Source of the DNA: Bacteroidales bacterium
GTDB lineage: Bacteria > Bacteroidota > Bacteroidia > Bacteroidales > VadinHA17
Direction of reading: 5' to 3'
Length of the DNA stretch: 64,000 nt
NCBI GenBank assembly: GCA_021738535.1
Contig: JAIPBU010000004.1
Coordinates: forward strand, 36,573-100,572
Below, piece by piece: positions 17,309-26,509 of the stretch; positions within the stretch are counted from its first letter, which is position 1; each line of letters starts with the position of its first letter. The notes under the pieces were generated by a model that was not told where the DNA came from, did no database searches, and was given only the letters and a program-made list of their open reading frames with translations. The position numbers and the translations under genes are program-made.

Positions 17309-18731
17309 CTTTTAATACATACAACTGCCCGGTCTCATCCCTTATGACCCTGATATCTGCGTCTTTCTCAATAAATCCAATATCTGACCTGGCATCATAT
17401 ATCTCACCTTCGATAATCACCTTTCCTGATGGTCTCAGAACGGTATAGGCTTTGCCTTTAGCCCCAACCATTGATTTCTGCCTTTTTTCAAAACTGATAT
17501 AGCCCTCGTTTATATCCTGTATCTTCTGAAGTGCCAGTTTTCCAAAAAGCCTGTTTGGTGCAAATAGTTTCTTACTTAACCAGAGGGATAAAATAAACGA
17601 AGCAAACATTGATACAATCACTATGGCAAAAGAGGCCATGGCTTCTTTCATTCCCTGCCCGTCAGGTGAAGGTCCGAATTCAAAGGTGATTTTGTCTATC
17701 ATTGTAAAGGTGAGGCCGGTGACAATACCGGCAATACCTAGCACACCGGCTACGCCAAAACCGGGAATGGCAAACAACTCAACCAGTATAAGTATTATAC
17801 CGGCTATGAATACTGCTATCTGCCAGTTTGCCTCCAGGCCTTCCAGGTACAGAGGGGCAAAGTACAGAATTGCTGCCAGTATGGATGCAAGAATGGGAAA
17901 GCCAATTCCCGGCGATTGCAGTTCGAAGTACAAGCCGCCGATTATTAACATGATAAGGATCCCTGATACGGCAGGATTTATTAAAAACTGGATTATCTTT
18001 TCTGTTCCACCGGGCCTGAACTCTTCAATTGTATATTCTTCAATACCTGCCATGGCAAGAACTTCATCAATATTTGTGGCTTTGCCTTCACAGAATCCCA
18101 GGTTTATGGCCTCATCAGTTGTTAAGGTAAGGACATTTCCGGTATCACTTACACCTTCAACATAGACCTTGGGATCAACCATTGATTCTGCTATCCTGGG
18201 ATCGCGGTGCCAGACATATGTTGTATCCCCGTCCTTCACAACGGGTTTTTTGCCGTGTGCTTCTGATGTTGATCTCATCATCCCCCTCATAAATGACTGG
18301 TACTTATCCGGAACCTGCTCCCCGGTCTGGTTGACAACAGTGGCAGCTCCTATGCTACTACCGGGCCTCATATAAATGCTGTCGCAGGCAATTGATATAA
18401 GTGCACCTGCGCTGATAGCCTGGTTATCAATAAATACAAGCACAGGTTGCGGGAAATTCAAAAGGGCAGTGCGGATGGAGTCAGCCATATCTACCTGGCC
18501 GCCATAAGTGTTCATATGTATGAGTACAATATCTGCTTCCATTTCCCTGGCTGCAGCAAGACTCTTCTTTGTTGTCCTCCAAACGGGGGCGGCAATCATT
18601 TTCTTTATGTCGAATTTATAAACCAGTGTTTCCTCATCCCCTGCTATGCTGTCTGCAGTATTGTAGAAAGCTGACCCGCTTGCACCGGCAACCGACAAAA
18701 GACAAACCAATATTATTATATACCTCTTCAT
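17301..18731 (-). CDS. NfeD-family membrane-bound serine protease (ClpP-class N-domain, TM block, C-terminal OB domain)
   Basis: Signal peptide, a ClpP-like region (NTYGGQVDMADSI...AISAGALIS), about 5 TM helices and a C-terminal NfeD OB tail (GKVIIEGEIYDARS). Confidence 0.8.
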   Translation of the reverse strand: MKRYIIILVCLLSVAGASGSAFYNTADSIAGDEETLVYKFDIKKMIAAPVWRTTKKSLAAAREMEADIVLIHMNTYGGQVDMADSIRTALLNFPQPVLVFIDNQAISAGALISIACDSIYMRPGSSIGAATVVNQTGEQVPDKYQSFMRGMMRSTSEAHGKKPVVKDGDTTYVWHRDPRIAESMVDPKVYVEGVSDTGNVLTLTTDEAINLGFCEGKATNIDEVLAMAGIEEYTIEEFRPGGTEKIIQFLINPAVSGILIMLIIGGLYFELQSPGIGFPILASILAAILYFAPLYLEGLEANWQIAVFIAGIILILVELFAIPGFGVAGVLGIAGIVTGLTFTMIDKITFEFGPSPDGQGMKEAMASFAIVIVSMFASFILSLWLSKKLFAPNRLFGKLALQKIQDINEGYISFEKRQKSMVGAKGKAYTVLRPSGKVIIEGEIYDARSDIGFIEKDADIRVIRDETGQLYVLKDE

Positions 18732-18757
18732 TGTAATTTTTTTTGCAGCCGTTAATA

Positions 18758-19513
18758 TTAGAGATCTTCAAGATAACTAAAAAACATATTCATGGCCATC
18801 TTTTTTTTATCATCCAGGTAATAGTCAATGTTATTATTAAGGTAATCTTTTAAAACATCTGCAGGCATTGAGCCGGTTCCGGAATAATAGTCAACCACCC
18901 TGTCAATATTATTAACACCGTGAGCAAGGGCTTTGTTGAACCTGGAAATAAACAAATCTCCGGGATCCTTATTAGATACCCACGCAGCAAATACAAATGG
19001 GTAAGCTGTGAATTTATTCCATTCCACTGCAAGATCAGTACGGTAGTTAAAATCGTTCTCCATCTCATAACACTGGTCACCTATAAGAACAAGAGCTTCA
19101 TCATCAGCTATGTTTTTGAAATCAAATCCCGGGTATGTGTCGGCCCACTTACAATTACATTTCCAGAACCTGGCAGCCAGGACCTTTGTAAGCGCAACAG
19201 ATGTCTTTGACCTGTAATCAAGGTAAATAGTGCGCACTTCATACAGGGGACTGTTACTTAAAAGAAGAACCGTTCTTACCGGACCGTTGGTTCCTATACA
19301 ATAATCACTAACTATGTTTAAACTGGGCGACGAGTGTATGGTGGCAACCGGAATAAGTCCTATATCTGCTTCGTTACTCAGAATCTTCCTTGCACAATCT
19401 GCCGGGTGGTCTATCTCAATTGCTGCGTTAAGGTTCTCTCCTGATTCTAATAATCCGTATATGAGGGGATAGGTATTTGAATATTTTACCGCCGAAATCC
19501 TGACTTTTTGCAT
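18758..19513 (-). CDS. mqnA: chorismate dehydratase MqnA (futalosine pathway)
   Basis: The VRISAVKYSNTYPLIYGL start and 251 aa periplasmic-binding-like fold match the MqnA (DUF178) family as I recall it. Confidence 0.75.
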   Translation of the reverse strand: MQKVRISAVKYSNTYPLIYGLLESGENLNAAIEIDHPADCARKILSNEADIGLIPVATIHSSPSLNIVSDYCIGTNGPVRTVLLLSNSPLYEVRTIYLDYRSKTSVALTKVLAARFWKCNCKWADTYPGFDFKNIADDEALVLIGDQCYEMENDFNYRTDLAVEWNKFTAYPFVFAAWVSNKDPGDLFISRFNKALAHGVNNIDRVVDYYSGTGSMPADVLKDYLNNNIDYYLDDKKKMAMNMFFSYLEDL

Positions 19514-19629
19514 CTTATTTTCTCCTGCTTCGTGGCTTAAATGCCCGAATTTACAAAAAATCAGTTTTATTTCATGCCGTAAAGTAGTAAATTTACATTT
19601 TCAGTGAGTGATGAATTAATTGTTATACA

Positions 19630-20973
19630 ATGGATATCAATACATTAACAGCTATTTCGCCCATTGACGGGAGATACAGGAGCAAGGTAAGCGAACTGGC
19701 TGAATATTTTTCTGAATACGGATTGATAAAATACCGGTTGAAGTCGGAAGTGGAGTACTTTATAGCTTTGTGTGATGCAGGCCTGCCTCCATTGAAAAAG
19801 TTTGAAAGGTCTCAATATGAAGTGCTAAGGTCTTTGTACCGCGACTTCAAGGTTGGTGATGCCGGCAGGGTGAAAGAAATTGAGAGCGTTACAAATCACG
19901 ATGTAAAAGCAGTTGAATATTACCTCAAAGAAAAATTCCTGGAATTAAACCTGCAGGACTGGTCCGAATTTATTCATTTTGGTCTTACCTCCCAGGATGT
20001 AAATAATACAGCTACTCCTTTATCTATTAAAGAATACTATGAAAATGTGTTCTCTTCTGGCCTGGACGATTTGATAAAGGCCATTGAGAATGTGGCGGAA
20101 GAATGGAAGGATATACCGATGCTCGCAAGAACTCATGGTCAGCCGGCCTCACCCACAAGGCTGGGTAAAGAAATGATGGTTTTTGTAAAAAGGCTTAAGG
20201 TGCAGAAAGATCAGCTGGAAGATATACCCTGGTCGGCCAAATTTGGGGGTGCCAGTGGAAACCTGAATGCTCATTACGTGGCATATCCCGGTATCGACTG
20301 GAACGAATTTGCAGATAATTTTGTGAATAATATTCTCGGGCTTGACCGCTCATCGCCTACTACCCAGATCGAGCACTATGATAACCTGGCTGCCCTGTTT
20401 GATGCTCTTGCACGTATAAATACCATACTGATAGATTTTAGCAGGGATATATGGCTGTATATCTCTTTTGATTATTTCAAACAGAAAATTAAGAAAGGAG
20501 AAGTAGGTTCTTCAGCGATGCCACATAAAGTAAATCCAATTGATTTTGAAAATGCAGAAGGAAATCTTGGTATATCTAATTCGTTTTTGAGCCATCTGTC
20601 AGAGAAACTCCCGGTGTCAAGATTGCAGAGAGATCTTTCGGATTCAACTGTCCTGAGAAATGCAGGCATGCCCTTTGCATATTCCCAGGTCGCCATTTCT
20701 TCATTGAAAAAAGGAATCTCCAAACTTATTGTTAACAGGGATAAAATAGAAGCGGATCTTGATGCTAACTGGGCGGTTGTTGCTGAGGCTATACAGACTG
20801 TCCTCAGGAGGGAAGGCTATCCGAAACCTTACGAAGCACTCAAGGAACTGACCAGGACAAATGATAAGATTACAGCAAAGTCAATAAGCGATTTTATTGA
20901 TACACTTAACCTGGATAAAGCTATAAAAAAGGAATTGAAAGCTATTACTCCCTATAACTACACGGGAAAATAG
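19630..20973 (+). CDS. purB: adenylosuccinate lyase
   Basis: ISPIDGRY N-terminus and the fumarate-lyase signature GSSAMPHKVNP, at 447 aa. Confidence 0.95.
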   Translation: MDINTLTAISPIDGRYRSKVSELAEYFSEYGLIKYRLKSEVEYFIALCDAGLPPLKKFERSQYEVLRSLYRDFKVGDAGRVKEIESVTNHDVKAVEYYLKEKFLELNLQDWSEFIHFGLTSQDVNNTATPLSIKEYYENVFSSGLDDLIKAIENVAEEWKDIPMLARTHGQPASPTRLGKEMMVFVKRLKVQKDQLEDIPWSAKFGGASGNLNAHYVAYPGIDWNEFADNFVNNILGLDRSSPTTQIEHYDNLAALFDALARINTILIDFSRDIWLYISFDYFKQKIKKGEVGSSAMPHKVNPIDFENAEGNLGISNSFLSHLSEKLPVSRLQRDLSDSTVLRNAGMPFAYSQVAISSLKKGISKLIVNRDKIEADLDANWAVVAEAIQTVLRREGYPKPYEALKELTRTNDKITAKSISDFIDTLNLDKAIKKELKAITPYNYTGK

Positions 20974-20986
20974 GAGGTATCACGGC

Positions 20987-22807
20987 ATGAAAAAAATCAA
21001 GGTTCTCTTTTCATTTATTTTGCCCTATAAGTGGTTTGCCGGTCAGAATATATTATTCAATATCCTGGCTGCAATTTTTTCTCTCTTTACCTTTTATCTT
21101 ATACAACCATTTCTCAAAATACTCTTTTCTACAGTGGAACCTACCCGGCATCCCGGGGAATTTGAGGTAAGCAGGGAATGGTTCGGGGATATACTTAATT
21201 ATTACATGGGCTCCTATATAGATAAGTTTGGAGAGGTTAAAGCACTGGTCGGGGTATGCCTCCTTGTTATTGGTGCAAGCTTTCTGAGGAATATCTTCGT
21301 TTTTGCCGGTAATAATGCCCTGGCCTACCTCCGGGCGGGAACAGTAAAAGATATGCGGAAGAAATTGTATGATAAAGTGCTCAGACTACCGGTTTCCTAT
21401 TTTACAGAGTCAAGGAAAGGTGATGTAATGACCCGTATATCAAATGATGTGGAAGAGATACAGGTGTCTGTAATGGGCTCATTAACAATGCTGTTTCGAG
21501 ACCCTGTCACAATTATAATATTTCTTACTTTTCTCTTTATCAGCAGTTTTAAGCTTACTCTTTTTTCATTGATTTTAATGCCCCTCAGTGGATGGCTCAT
21601 CGGCAGGGTGGGGAGAAACCTAAGGTCAAAATCGTTCAGGGGACAAGAAAACCTGGGTAAACTTATTTCCGTGGTGGAAGAGACACTGGGTGGACTGAGA
21701 ATAATAAAGGCCTTCAATGCAGAGGGTAAGATGAAGGGGATCTTTGATAAAACAAATAACTTCTTTACAAAGCTTTACAGGAGGGTGCTCAGAAGAAGAT
21801 ATATGGCATCACCTTTAAGCGAGTTCCTTTCAACCACAGTGCTTATGGGAGTAATGTACTTTGGCAGTACAATTGTTCTTACTGAAACAGGTGAAATGAC
21901 CCCGGAGCAACTAATTGTGTTCCTTGCAGTTTTTTCACAACTGATACCTCCCGTGAAAAATATTACTACCATGTATTTCAATGTTCAGAAAGGCCTGGCA
22001 TCCCTTGAAAGGATAGAGTATATACTGAACGCAGAAGAAAGAATAGAAGAAAAGAAAAATGCAGTTCCTGTAAAATCATTTAATGAAGAGATCAGGTATG
22101 ATTCTGTAAGTTTTGCATATACAGATGATTATGTCCTTGAAGATATATCTCTCTCAATAAAAAAAGGCCAGACGGTTGCAATTGTTGGTAAATCGGGATC
22201 AGGTAAATCAACCATGGTGGATCTTTTGCCCAGGTTTATGGATGTTAATAAAGGTAGTATTACCATTGATGGAATTGATATCAGGGACATGAAGATAAGG
22301 GATCTGAGAAATATAATGGGCATAGTAAACCAGACACCAATTCTTTTTAATGACAGCTTCAGGAATAATATTGCTTTTGGGTCAGATCTTGTTTCGGATG
22401 AAGATATTGAAAGAGCCGCCAAAGTGGCAAATGCCCATGACTTTATAATGGAGTCGCCGGGTACATACGATTATATGGTAGGAGAAAGAGGAAACAAACT
22501 CAGCGGTGGTCAGCAGCAGCGGATTAGTATTGCAAGGGCCGTTTATGCCAATCCACCCATATTAATCCTTGATGAGGCAACTTCAGCCCTGGATACTGAG
22601 TCCGAAAGACTGGTGCAGGATGCAATAGAAAGATTGATGCAGAGCAGGACATCTATCGTTATTGCACACCGGCTGTCAACGGTTCAAAGGGCAGACCAGA
22701 TTGTTGTTATAGATGAAGGCCGGATAGTTGAGCATGGCTCGCATGAAGAACTGATGAGTAAGAAGAACGGACTGTATAAGAAGTTCTATAATATGCAAAT
22801 GACATAA
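20987..22807 (+). CDS. ABC transporter, fused permease/ATPase (MsbA-like exporter)
   Basis: Six-TM N-domain, Walker A GKSGSGKST, signature LSGGQQQRISIARA and Walker B ILILDEATSALD. Confidence 0.9.
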   Translation: MKKIKVLFSFILPYKWFAGQNILFNILAAIFSLFTFYLIQPFLKILFSTVEPTRHPGEFEVSREWFGDILNYYMGSYIDKFGEVKALVGVCLLVIGASFLRNIFVFAGNNALAYLRAGTVKDMRKKLYDKVLRLPVSYFTESRKGDVMTRISNDVEEIQVSVMGSLTMLFRDPVTIIIFLTFLFISSFKLTLFSLILMPLSGWLIGRVGRNLRSKSFRGQENLGKLISVVEETLGGLRIIKAFNAEGKMKGIFDKTNNFFTKLYRRVLRRRYMASPLSEFLSTTVLMGVMYFGSTIVLTETGEMTPEQLIVFLAVFSQLIPPVKNITTMYFNVQKGLASLERIEYILNAEERIEEKKNAVPVKSFNEEIRYDSVSFAYTDDYVLEDISLSIKKGQTVAIVGKSGSGKSTMVDLLPRFMDVNKGSITIDGIDIRDMKIRDLRNIMGIVNQTPILFNDSFRNNIAFGSDLVSDEDIERAAKVANAHDFIMESPGTYDYMVGERGNKLSGGQQQRISIARAVYANPPILILDEATSALDTESERLVQDAIERLMQSRTSIVIAHRLSTVQRADQIVVIDEGRIVEHGSHEELMSKKNGLYKKFYNMQMT

Positions 22808-22855
22808 TAATTTACTAACTTATGAACCATAAGCCAAGCGGTAAAAATTTTTATC

Positions 22856-23542
22856 ATGGATCCTAAAGTAGTTGAACAGTTTATATGCCTGTCTCTGAAT
22901 CCCGATTCAGGAAGGTATGCAGTGCTTGGTAATTACCTGACTTACGGGATAACCGGGGCTATGTTAATGGACCTTGCCCTGAATGAAAAGATTAAAATAA
23001 AGGATCGCTATATACTGGAAGGAGACGACAGGTCCAGACCGGGTATCAGTTCCTATGACAGAATGCTGGAGAAAATAACAGATTCAAACCGCACACGAAC
23101 AATTAAAAAATGGGTTCAGAAATCAGGACGCAGATCATCATGGTACAGGAAGGAATTACAAAAGCACCTTGTTGAAAAAGGTATCCTGAGGCAGGAAAGT
23201 AAAAGGTTTATCGGTATCCCTTATAAGCTTCATTATCCTGCAAAACCCGGATACCGAAAAACCCTTATCAAACGATATAAAGAAATAATTCTGTATGGGA
23301 AGGAGCCTGAAGAGCATGAGATCATGGTGCTGGGACTGATTTATGCCTGTAAAATGCATAAGTTATTATCAGGTATTGGTCCTGAAAGAAGGAAAATAAG
23401 GAAGAAGCTTGTGGAGCTTATTAAAGACAACGCTTTTGCTAAAGATATCAGTAAAACCATTATTGAAATGCAGGCTGCCATAACAGCCAGCATTGCAGCT
23501 ACCGCTGCAGTGTCAGCCGCCGCATCCTCAGCCTCACATTAG
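22856..23542 (+). CDS. GPP34/GOLPH3-family protein with Ala/Ser-rich C-terminal tail
   Basis: The N-terminal pattern LSLNPDSGRY...LTYGITGAMLMDLAL resembles the bacterial GPP34 family (from memory). The tail is AAITASIAATAAVSAAASSASH. Confidence 0.55.
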   Translation: MDPKVVEQFICLSLNPDSGRYAVLGNYLTYGITGAMLMDLALNEKIKIKDRYILEGDDRSRPGISSYDRMLEKITDSNRTRTIKKWVQKSGRRSSWYRKELQKHLVEKGILRQESKRFIGIPYKLHYPAKPGYRKTLIKRYKEIILYGKEPEEHEIMVLGLIYACKMHKLLSGIGPERRKIRKKLVELIKDNAFAKDISKTIIEMQAAITASIAATAAVSAAASSASH

Positions 23543-23551
23543 TGGCTTGCT

Positions 23552-23590
23552 TCCATTAATCCCTTAATCCAACAATCCATCAATCCATTT
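23552..23590. repeat. CCATTAAT-word low-complexity tract
   Basis: TTCCATTAATCCCTTAATCCAACAATCCATCAATCCATTT begins 10 nt after the GPP34 stop. The same words occur at 32458-32502 and 58210-58251. Confidence 0.8.
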
Positions 23591-23740
23591 CATATAAGTA
23601 TGGATATTTTACACTACTGTAAAATTATTTGACATTTATTGTTGTTTTAATTCCGGTTTGTATTTGTAATATTCATATATATAGCCTGTTGTGACTTTGG
23701 TACATGCTTTGAAAAAGCAAAAACAGAAAACAGATATAAA

Positions 23741-26095
23741 ATGAAAGGAATAATAAGAAACAGCTACAGATCTATTATTAACCAGCGGCCGTATTCCATA
23801 ATAAACATTATAGGGCTTACTGTAGGCCTTACTGCCGTTGTATTAATACTTCTTTGGATTAAGGCAGAGACAGGATACGACAGGTTTCATCCCGGTCATG
23901 AAAATATTTACAGGGTTAATCATCTTTTCCGTACACCAAACAGGGTAATGGATATGGGAGGAATCAATGCACCTGCCGGTCCGGAGTTTAAAGAGCGTTT
24001 CCCGGTTATTGAGGAGTATGTCAGGTGCAAAGCAGGCCAGTCGCATGTAAAATACGAAGATGATTTTTATGCCCTGGACATGATGTATGCAGATACAAAC
24101 TTTTTTTCGATGTTTAATTTTCCTTTGCTTTCCGGGAATAAAGCATCCTGCCTCTCGGCACCCGACAAGGTAGTTCTTACCCGGTCGGCAGCAACAAAAA
24201 TATTTGGCACCAAATACCCGGTAGGTGAAGTAATAAGTATTAACAATAATGACTTCGTTGTAAGTGCTGTTGCAAATGATCCTCCTTTGAACAGCTCCAT
24301 TAAGTTTGAGGCGGTTTGCCGGATGTCTGTTCTTGAGGCAAGGTCCTATGTAGGCTGGGACGGTGGATTGCGCTGCCAGACCTTTTTAAGGCTCACAGAA
24401 GGTACTGATACTGAAAAACTGCTTGAAGATATTAATGATTACCTTTTTGATGTAATTAATGAAAGGTATCTCAGGCATGGTTTTGAAACTGTGCCTTATC
24501 TTCAGCAGATGAAAGATATACATCTTGGTTCCGGTACAGATTTTGATTTTTCTGGACTGGGCAGCTGGAAAAGAATAATTTCTTTCACGTTTGTTGGCCT
24601 GCTGATCCTGATGACTGCCTGTTTTAATTTTGTTAATATCAGTACTGCCCTTTCAATGAAAAGGTCAAAAGAGGTTAGTGTAAGGAAGATTTATGGTTCG
24701 GGGCGAAAGCGACTGGTCTTGTACTTTATTTTTGAATCAGGATTGTCTATTCTCATATCTATAATACTTTCATTATTGCTGGTAAAAGCTACCCTGGGCT
24801 ATTTCAATATACTGGTTGGCTCAGAATTGTCTTTTTCCCTCTTATCCAGCCTTGAATGGGGGCTAATGCTTCTTTTATTGTGGCTATTCTGCGTTTTTCT
24901 TGCCAGTTTCTATTCAGCCTGGTACCTGTCATCAATACCACCGATGGCTATCCTCAGGAAAGAAAGAGGAGGCAGGCGCAGGCAGGTGTCAAGGAATATA
25001 CTTGTGACCTTCCAGTTTGCAATATCAATATGCCTGGTAATAAGTTGTCTCGTTATTTACTCCCAGATGAGGTTTGTAAGAAAAACCGATCCGGGATTTG
25101 ACCCGGAAAATGTAATGATGATAGTGCTCGAGAAAGAAGCTGCTGAACGGACTGATGTAATAAAAGACAGGCTGGCAAAAGTGTCAGGCATAAAATCAGT
25201 AACCTGCTCTGCCGGAGGGATACCAGGGCTTAATTTTACCAGCAACGGTTATACCGTCCAGGGAATGGAAAAACCTCTTCTTTCCAATGCAGTTTACGTG
25301 GATAAAGACTACCTGGAAACTACCGGTATCAGGCTTGAAAAAGGTCGCGACTTCAGGGATAACAAGGGTGATAAAGATAATGTGCTGGTGAATGAAACTT
25401 TCCTGGCATCAGCAGGATGGGAAGAAGGAATCGGAAAAAGCATAAGCAGGAACGGAACAGAATACAGGGTAATTGGCATTGTTGAAGACTTTTTTACCTC
25501 CTCACTGCATAACAAGATACAGCCCCTGTTTATCTCGTTAAACAATGAATGGGGTGCATACAATATAGTCCTGCTAAAGCTGGAGCACAAACCGGATGAG
25601 AATCTTAAATTCCGGATCGAGAAAATATTTACCGAGGAAGATCCCGGTAATCCATTAAATTACAACATGCTGGAGGATTCCCTTGGCGAACAGTATAAAG
25701 CGGAAAAAAACCTGAACCTGATCTTTTTTATCTTATCCCTGCTTGCTATATTGATTTCTGCCCTCGGGCTGTTCGGACTTGCCACTTTCTCCACACAGGT
25801 AAGAAAAAAGGAGATTGGCATAAGGAAAGTAAACGGGGCTATGATAAAAGATATAGTTCGTCGTTTCACGAGTGAATTACTGTTATGGATTTTTATTGCC
25901 TTTGTTATTGCTGCTCCGGTATCATATATTATTATGAAGGGATGGCTTACCAATTTTGAATATAAAGCAGGTATCAGTATCTGGATTGTGTTGGGAGGAG
26001 GACTGCTGGCGATGCTGGTAGGTCTTCTTTCAATCGGTTTTGCCACACTGAAGGAAGCAGGCCGGAATCCCGCAGAAACACTCAGGTTTGAATAG
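23741..26095 (+). CDS. MacB/FtsX-family ABC transporter permease (two FtsX domains with MacB-like periplasmic core), paralog 1
   Basis: 784 aa. It has an N-terminal TM, a large periplasmic domain, an FtsX 4-TM block, a second periplasmic domain and a second FtsX block (KEIGIRKVNGA). It is a paralog of 33504-35870. No adjacent ATPase gene. Confidence 0.85.
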   Translation: MKGIIRNSYRSIINQRPYSIINIIGLTVGLTAVVLILLWIKAETGYDRFHPGHENIYRVNHLFRTPNRVMDMGGINAPAGPEFKERFPVIEEYVRCKAGQSHVKYEDDFYALDMMYADTNFFSMFNFPLLSGNKASCLSAPDKVVLTRSAATKIFGTKYPVGEVISINNNDFVVSAVANDPPLNSSIKFEAVCRMSVLEARSYVGWDGGLRCQTFLRLTEGTDTEKLLEDINDYLFDVINERYLRHGFETVPYLQQMKDIHLGSGTDFDFSGLGSWKRIISFTFVGLLILMTACFNFVNISTALSMKRSKEVSVRKIYGSGRKRLVLYFIFESGLSILISIILSLLLVKATLGYFNILVGSELSFSLLSSLEWGLMLLLLWLFCVFLASFYSAWYLSSIPPMAILRKERGGRRRQVSRNILVTFQFAISICLVISCLVIYSQMRFVRKTDPGFDPENVMMIVLEKEAAERTDVIKDRLAKVSGIKSVTCSAGGIPGLNFTSNGYTVQGMEKPLLSNAVYVDKDYLETTGIRLEKGRDFRDNKGDKDNVLVNETFLASAGWEEGIGKSISRNGTEYRVIGIVEDFFTSSLHNKIQPLFISLNNEWGAYNIVLLKLEHKPDENLKFRIEKIFTEEDPGNPLNYNMLEDSLGEQYKAEKNLNLIFFILSLLAILISALGLFGLATFSTQVRKKEIGIRKVNGAMIKDIVRRFTSELLLWIFIAFVIAAPVSYIIMKGWLTNFEYKAGISIWIVLGGGLLAMLVGLLSIGFATLKEAGRNPAETLRFE

Positions 26096-26145
26096 GCTTC
26101 TGTATCAAATAGTGACTTTGTGCCTGAGTGGCTAAGTTGATGTAT

Positions 26146-26215
26146 AACAGGAAGAAACAAGATACAAGTACGGAAGATACAAGTGGGTTGTGCAGGGGGT
26201 TGATTATCTGCATAT
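26146..26215 (+). repeat. purine-rich ACAAG-word module of the intergenic repeat family (locus A)
   Basis: CAAGTACGGAAGATACAAGTGGGTTGTGCAGGGGGTTGATTATCTGCATATT aligns by hand with 35886-35937 at 46 of 52 positions. Confidence 0.85.
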
Positions 26216-26266
26216 TGGGAGATGCAAGGTGGTGCATCCACCGCATTGGCCAATCCCCGGGTGAGG

Positions 26267-26296
26267 GTGACGAAGTGACGAAGTGACGAAGCGACA
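26267..26296 (+). repeat. 8-mer tandem repeat GTGACGAA x3 (+GCGACA)
   Basis: Read directly: units at 26267, 26275 and 26283. Confidence 0.9.
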
Positions 26297-26311
26297 GGAC
26301 CGAGCGTTAAT

Positions 26312-26332
26312 AATTTGCCCGGTGGGCAAATT
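26312..26332. other. perfect 9-bp stem / 3-nt loop hairpin AATTTGCCC-GGT-GGGCAAATT
   Basis: Perfect inverted repeat read directly. No U-tract follows on either strand, so I do not call it a terminator. Confidence 0.7.
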
Positions 26333-26372
26333 TAGCGAGGGGCCAGGTAGCGGGGTGGCTTAGAGACGAAGA

Positions 26373-26409
26373 GACTAAGCGGCTAAGCGACTCAGCGACT
26401 AAGCGAAGC
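26373..26409 (+). repeat. 8-mer tandem repeat G(A/G)CT(A/C)AGC x4
   Basis: GACTAAGC GGCTAAGC GACTCAGC GACTAAGC GAAGC. The GGCTAAG word is complementary to the CTTAGCC word in the hexamer array at 26462-26509. Confidence 0.9.
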
Positions 26410-26420
26410 AACCTTTAGTC

Positions 26421-26462
26421 TTTTGTCTTTTGTCTTTTGCCTTTTGTCTTTTGTCTTTTGTC
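26421..26462 (+). repeat. 7-mer tandem repeat TTTTG(T/C)C x6
   Basis: Read directly: six consecutive units. Confidence 0.9.
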
Positions 26463-26509
26463 CTTAGCCTTAGCCTCAGCCTTCGCCTTAGCCTTAGCCT
26501 CAGCCTCAG
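26462..26509 (+). repeat. hexamer tandem array CCT(T/C)(A/C)G x8
   Basis: CCTTAG CCTTAG CCTCAG CCTTCG CCTTAG CCTTAG CCTCAG CCTCAG. The same array type occurs at 36095-36148. Confidence 0.9.

Noticed and set aside
17623-18165. 180-aa plus-strand ORF
   Set aside because: Antisense shadow ORF inside the NfeD gene, with a Pro/Ser/Ile-rich composition mirroring the TM-rich sense frame.
25660-26253. 197-aa minus-strand ORF spanning the 3' end of the FtsX permease gene and the repeat module
   Set aside because: It is antisense to a well-supported gene for most of its length, and the rest is repeat sequence read in frame. Its similarity to ORF 35816-36058 (AQPTCIFRTCILFL vs AQLTCFFRTCFLYL) is explained by the nucleotide repeat.
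26462-26509. Hexamer array read as tandem CCTNAGC sites (the recognition sequence of Bpu10I-type enzymes, from memory)
   Set aside because: This is probably a coincidence of the repeat unit. The CCTTCG variants break the site, and no restriction-modification genes are present in the window to give it context.
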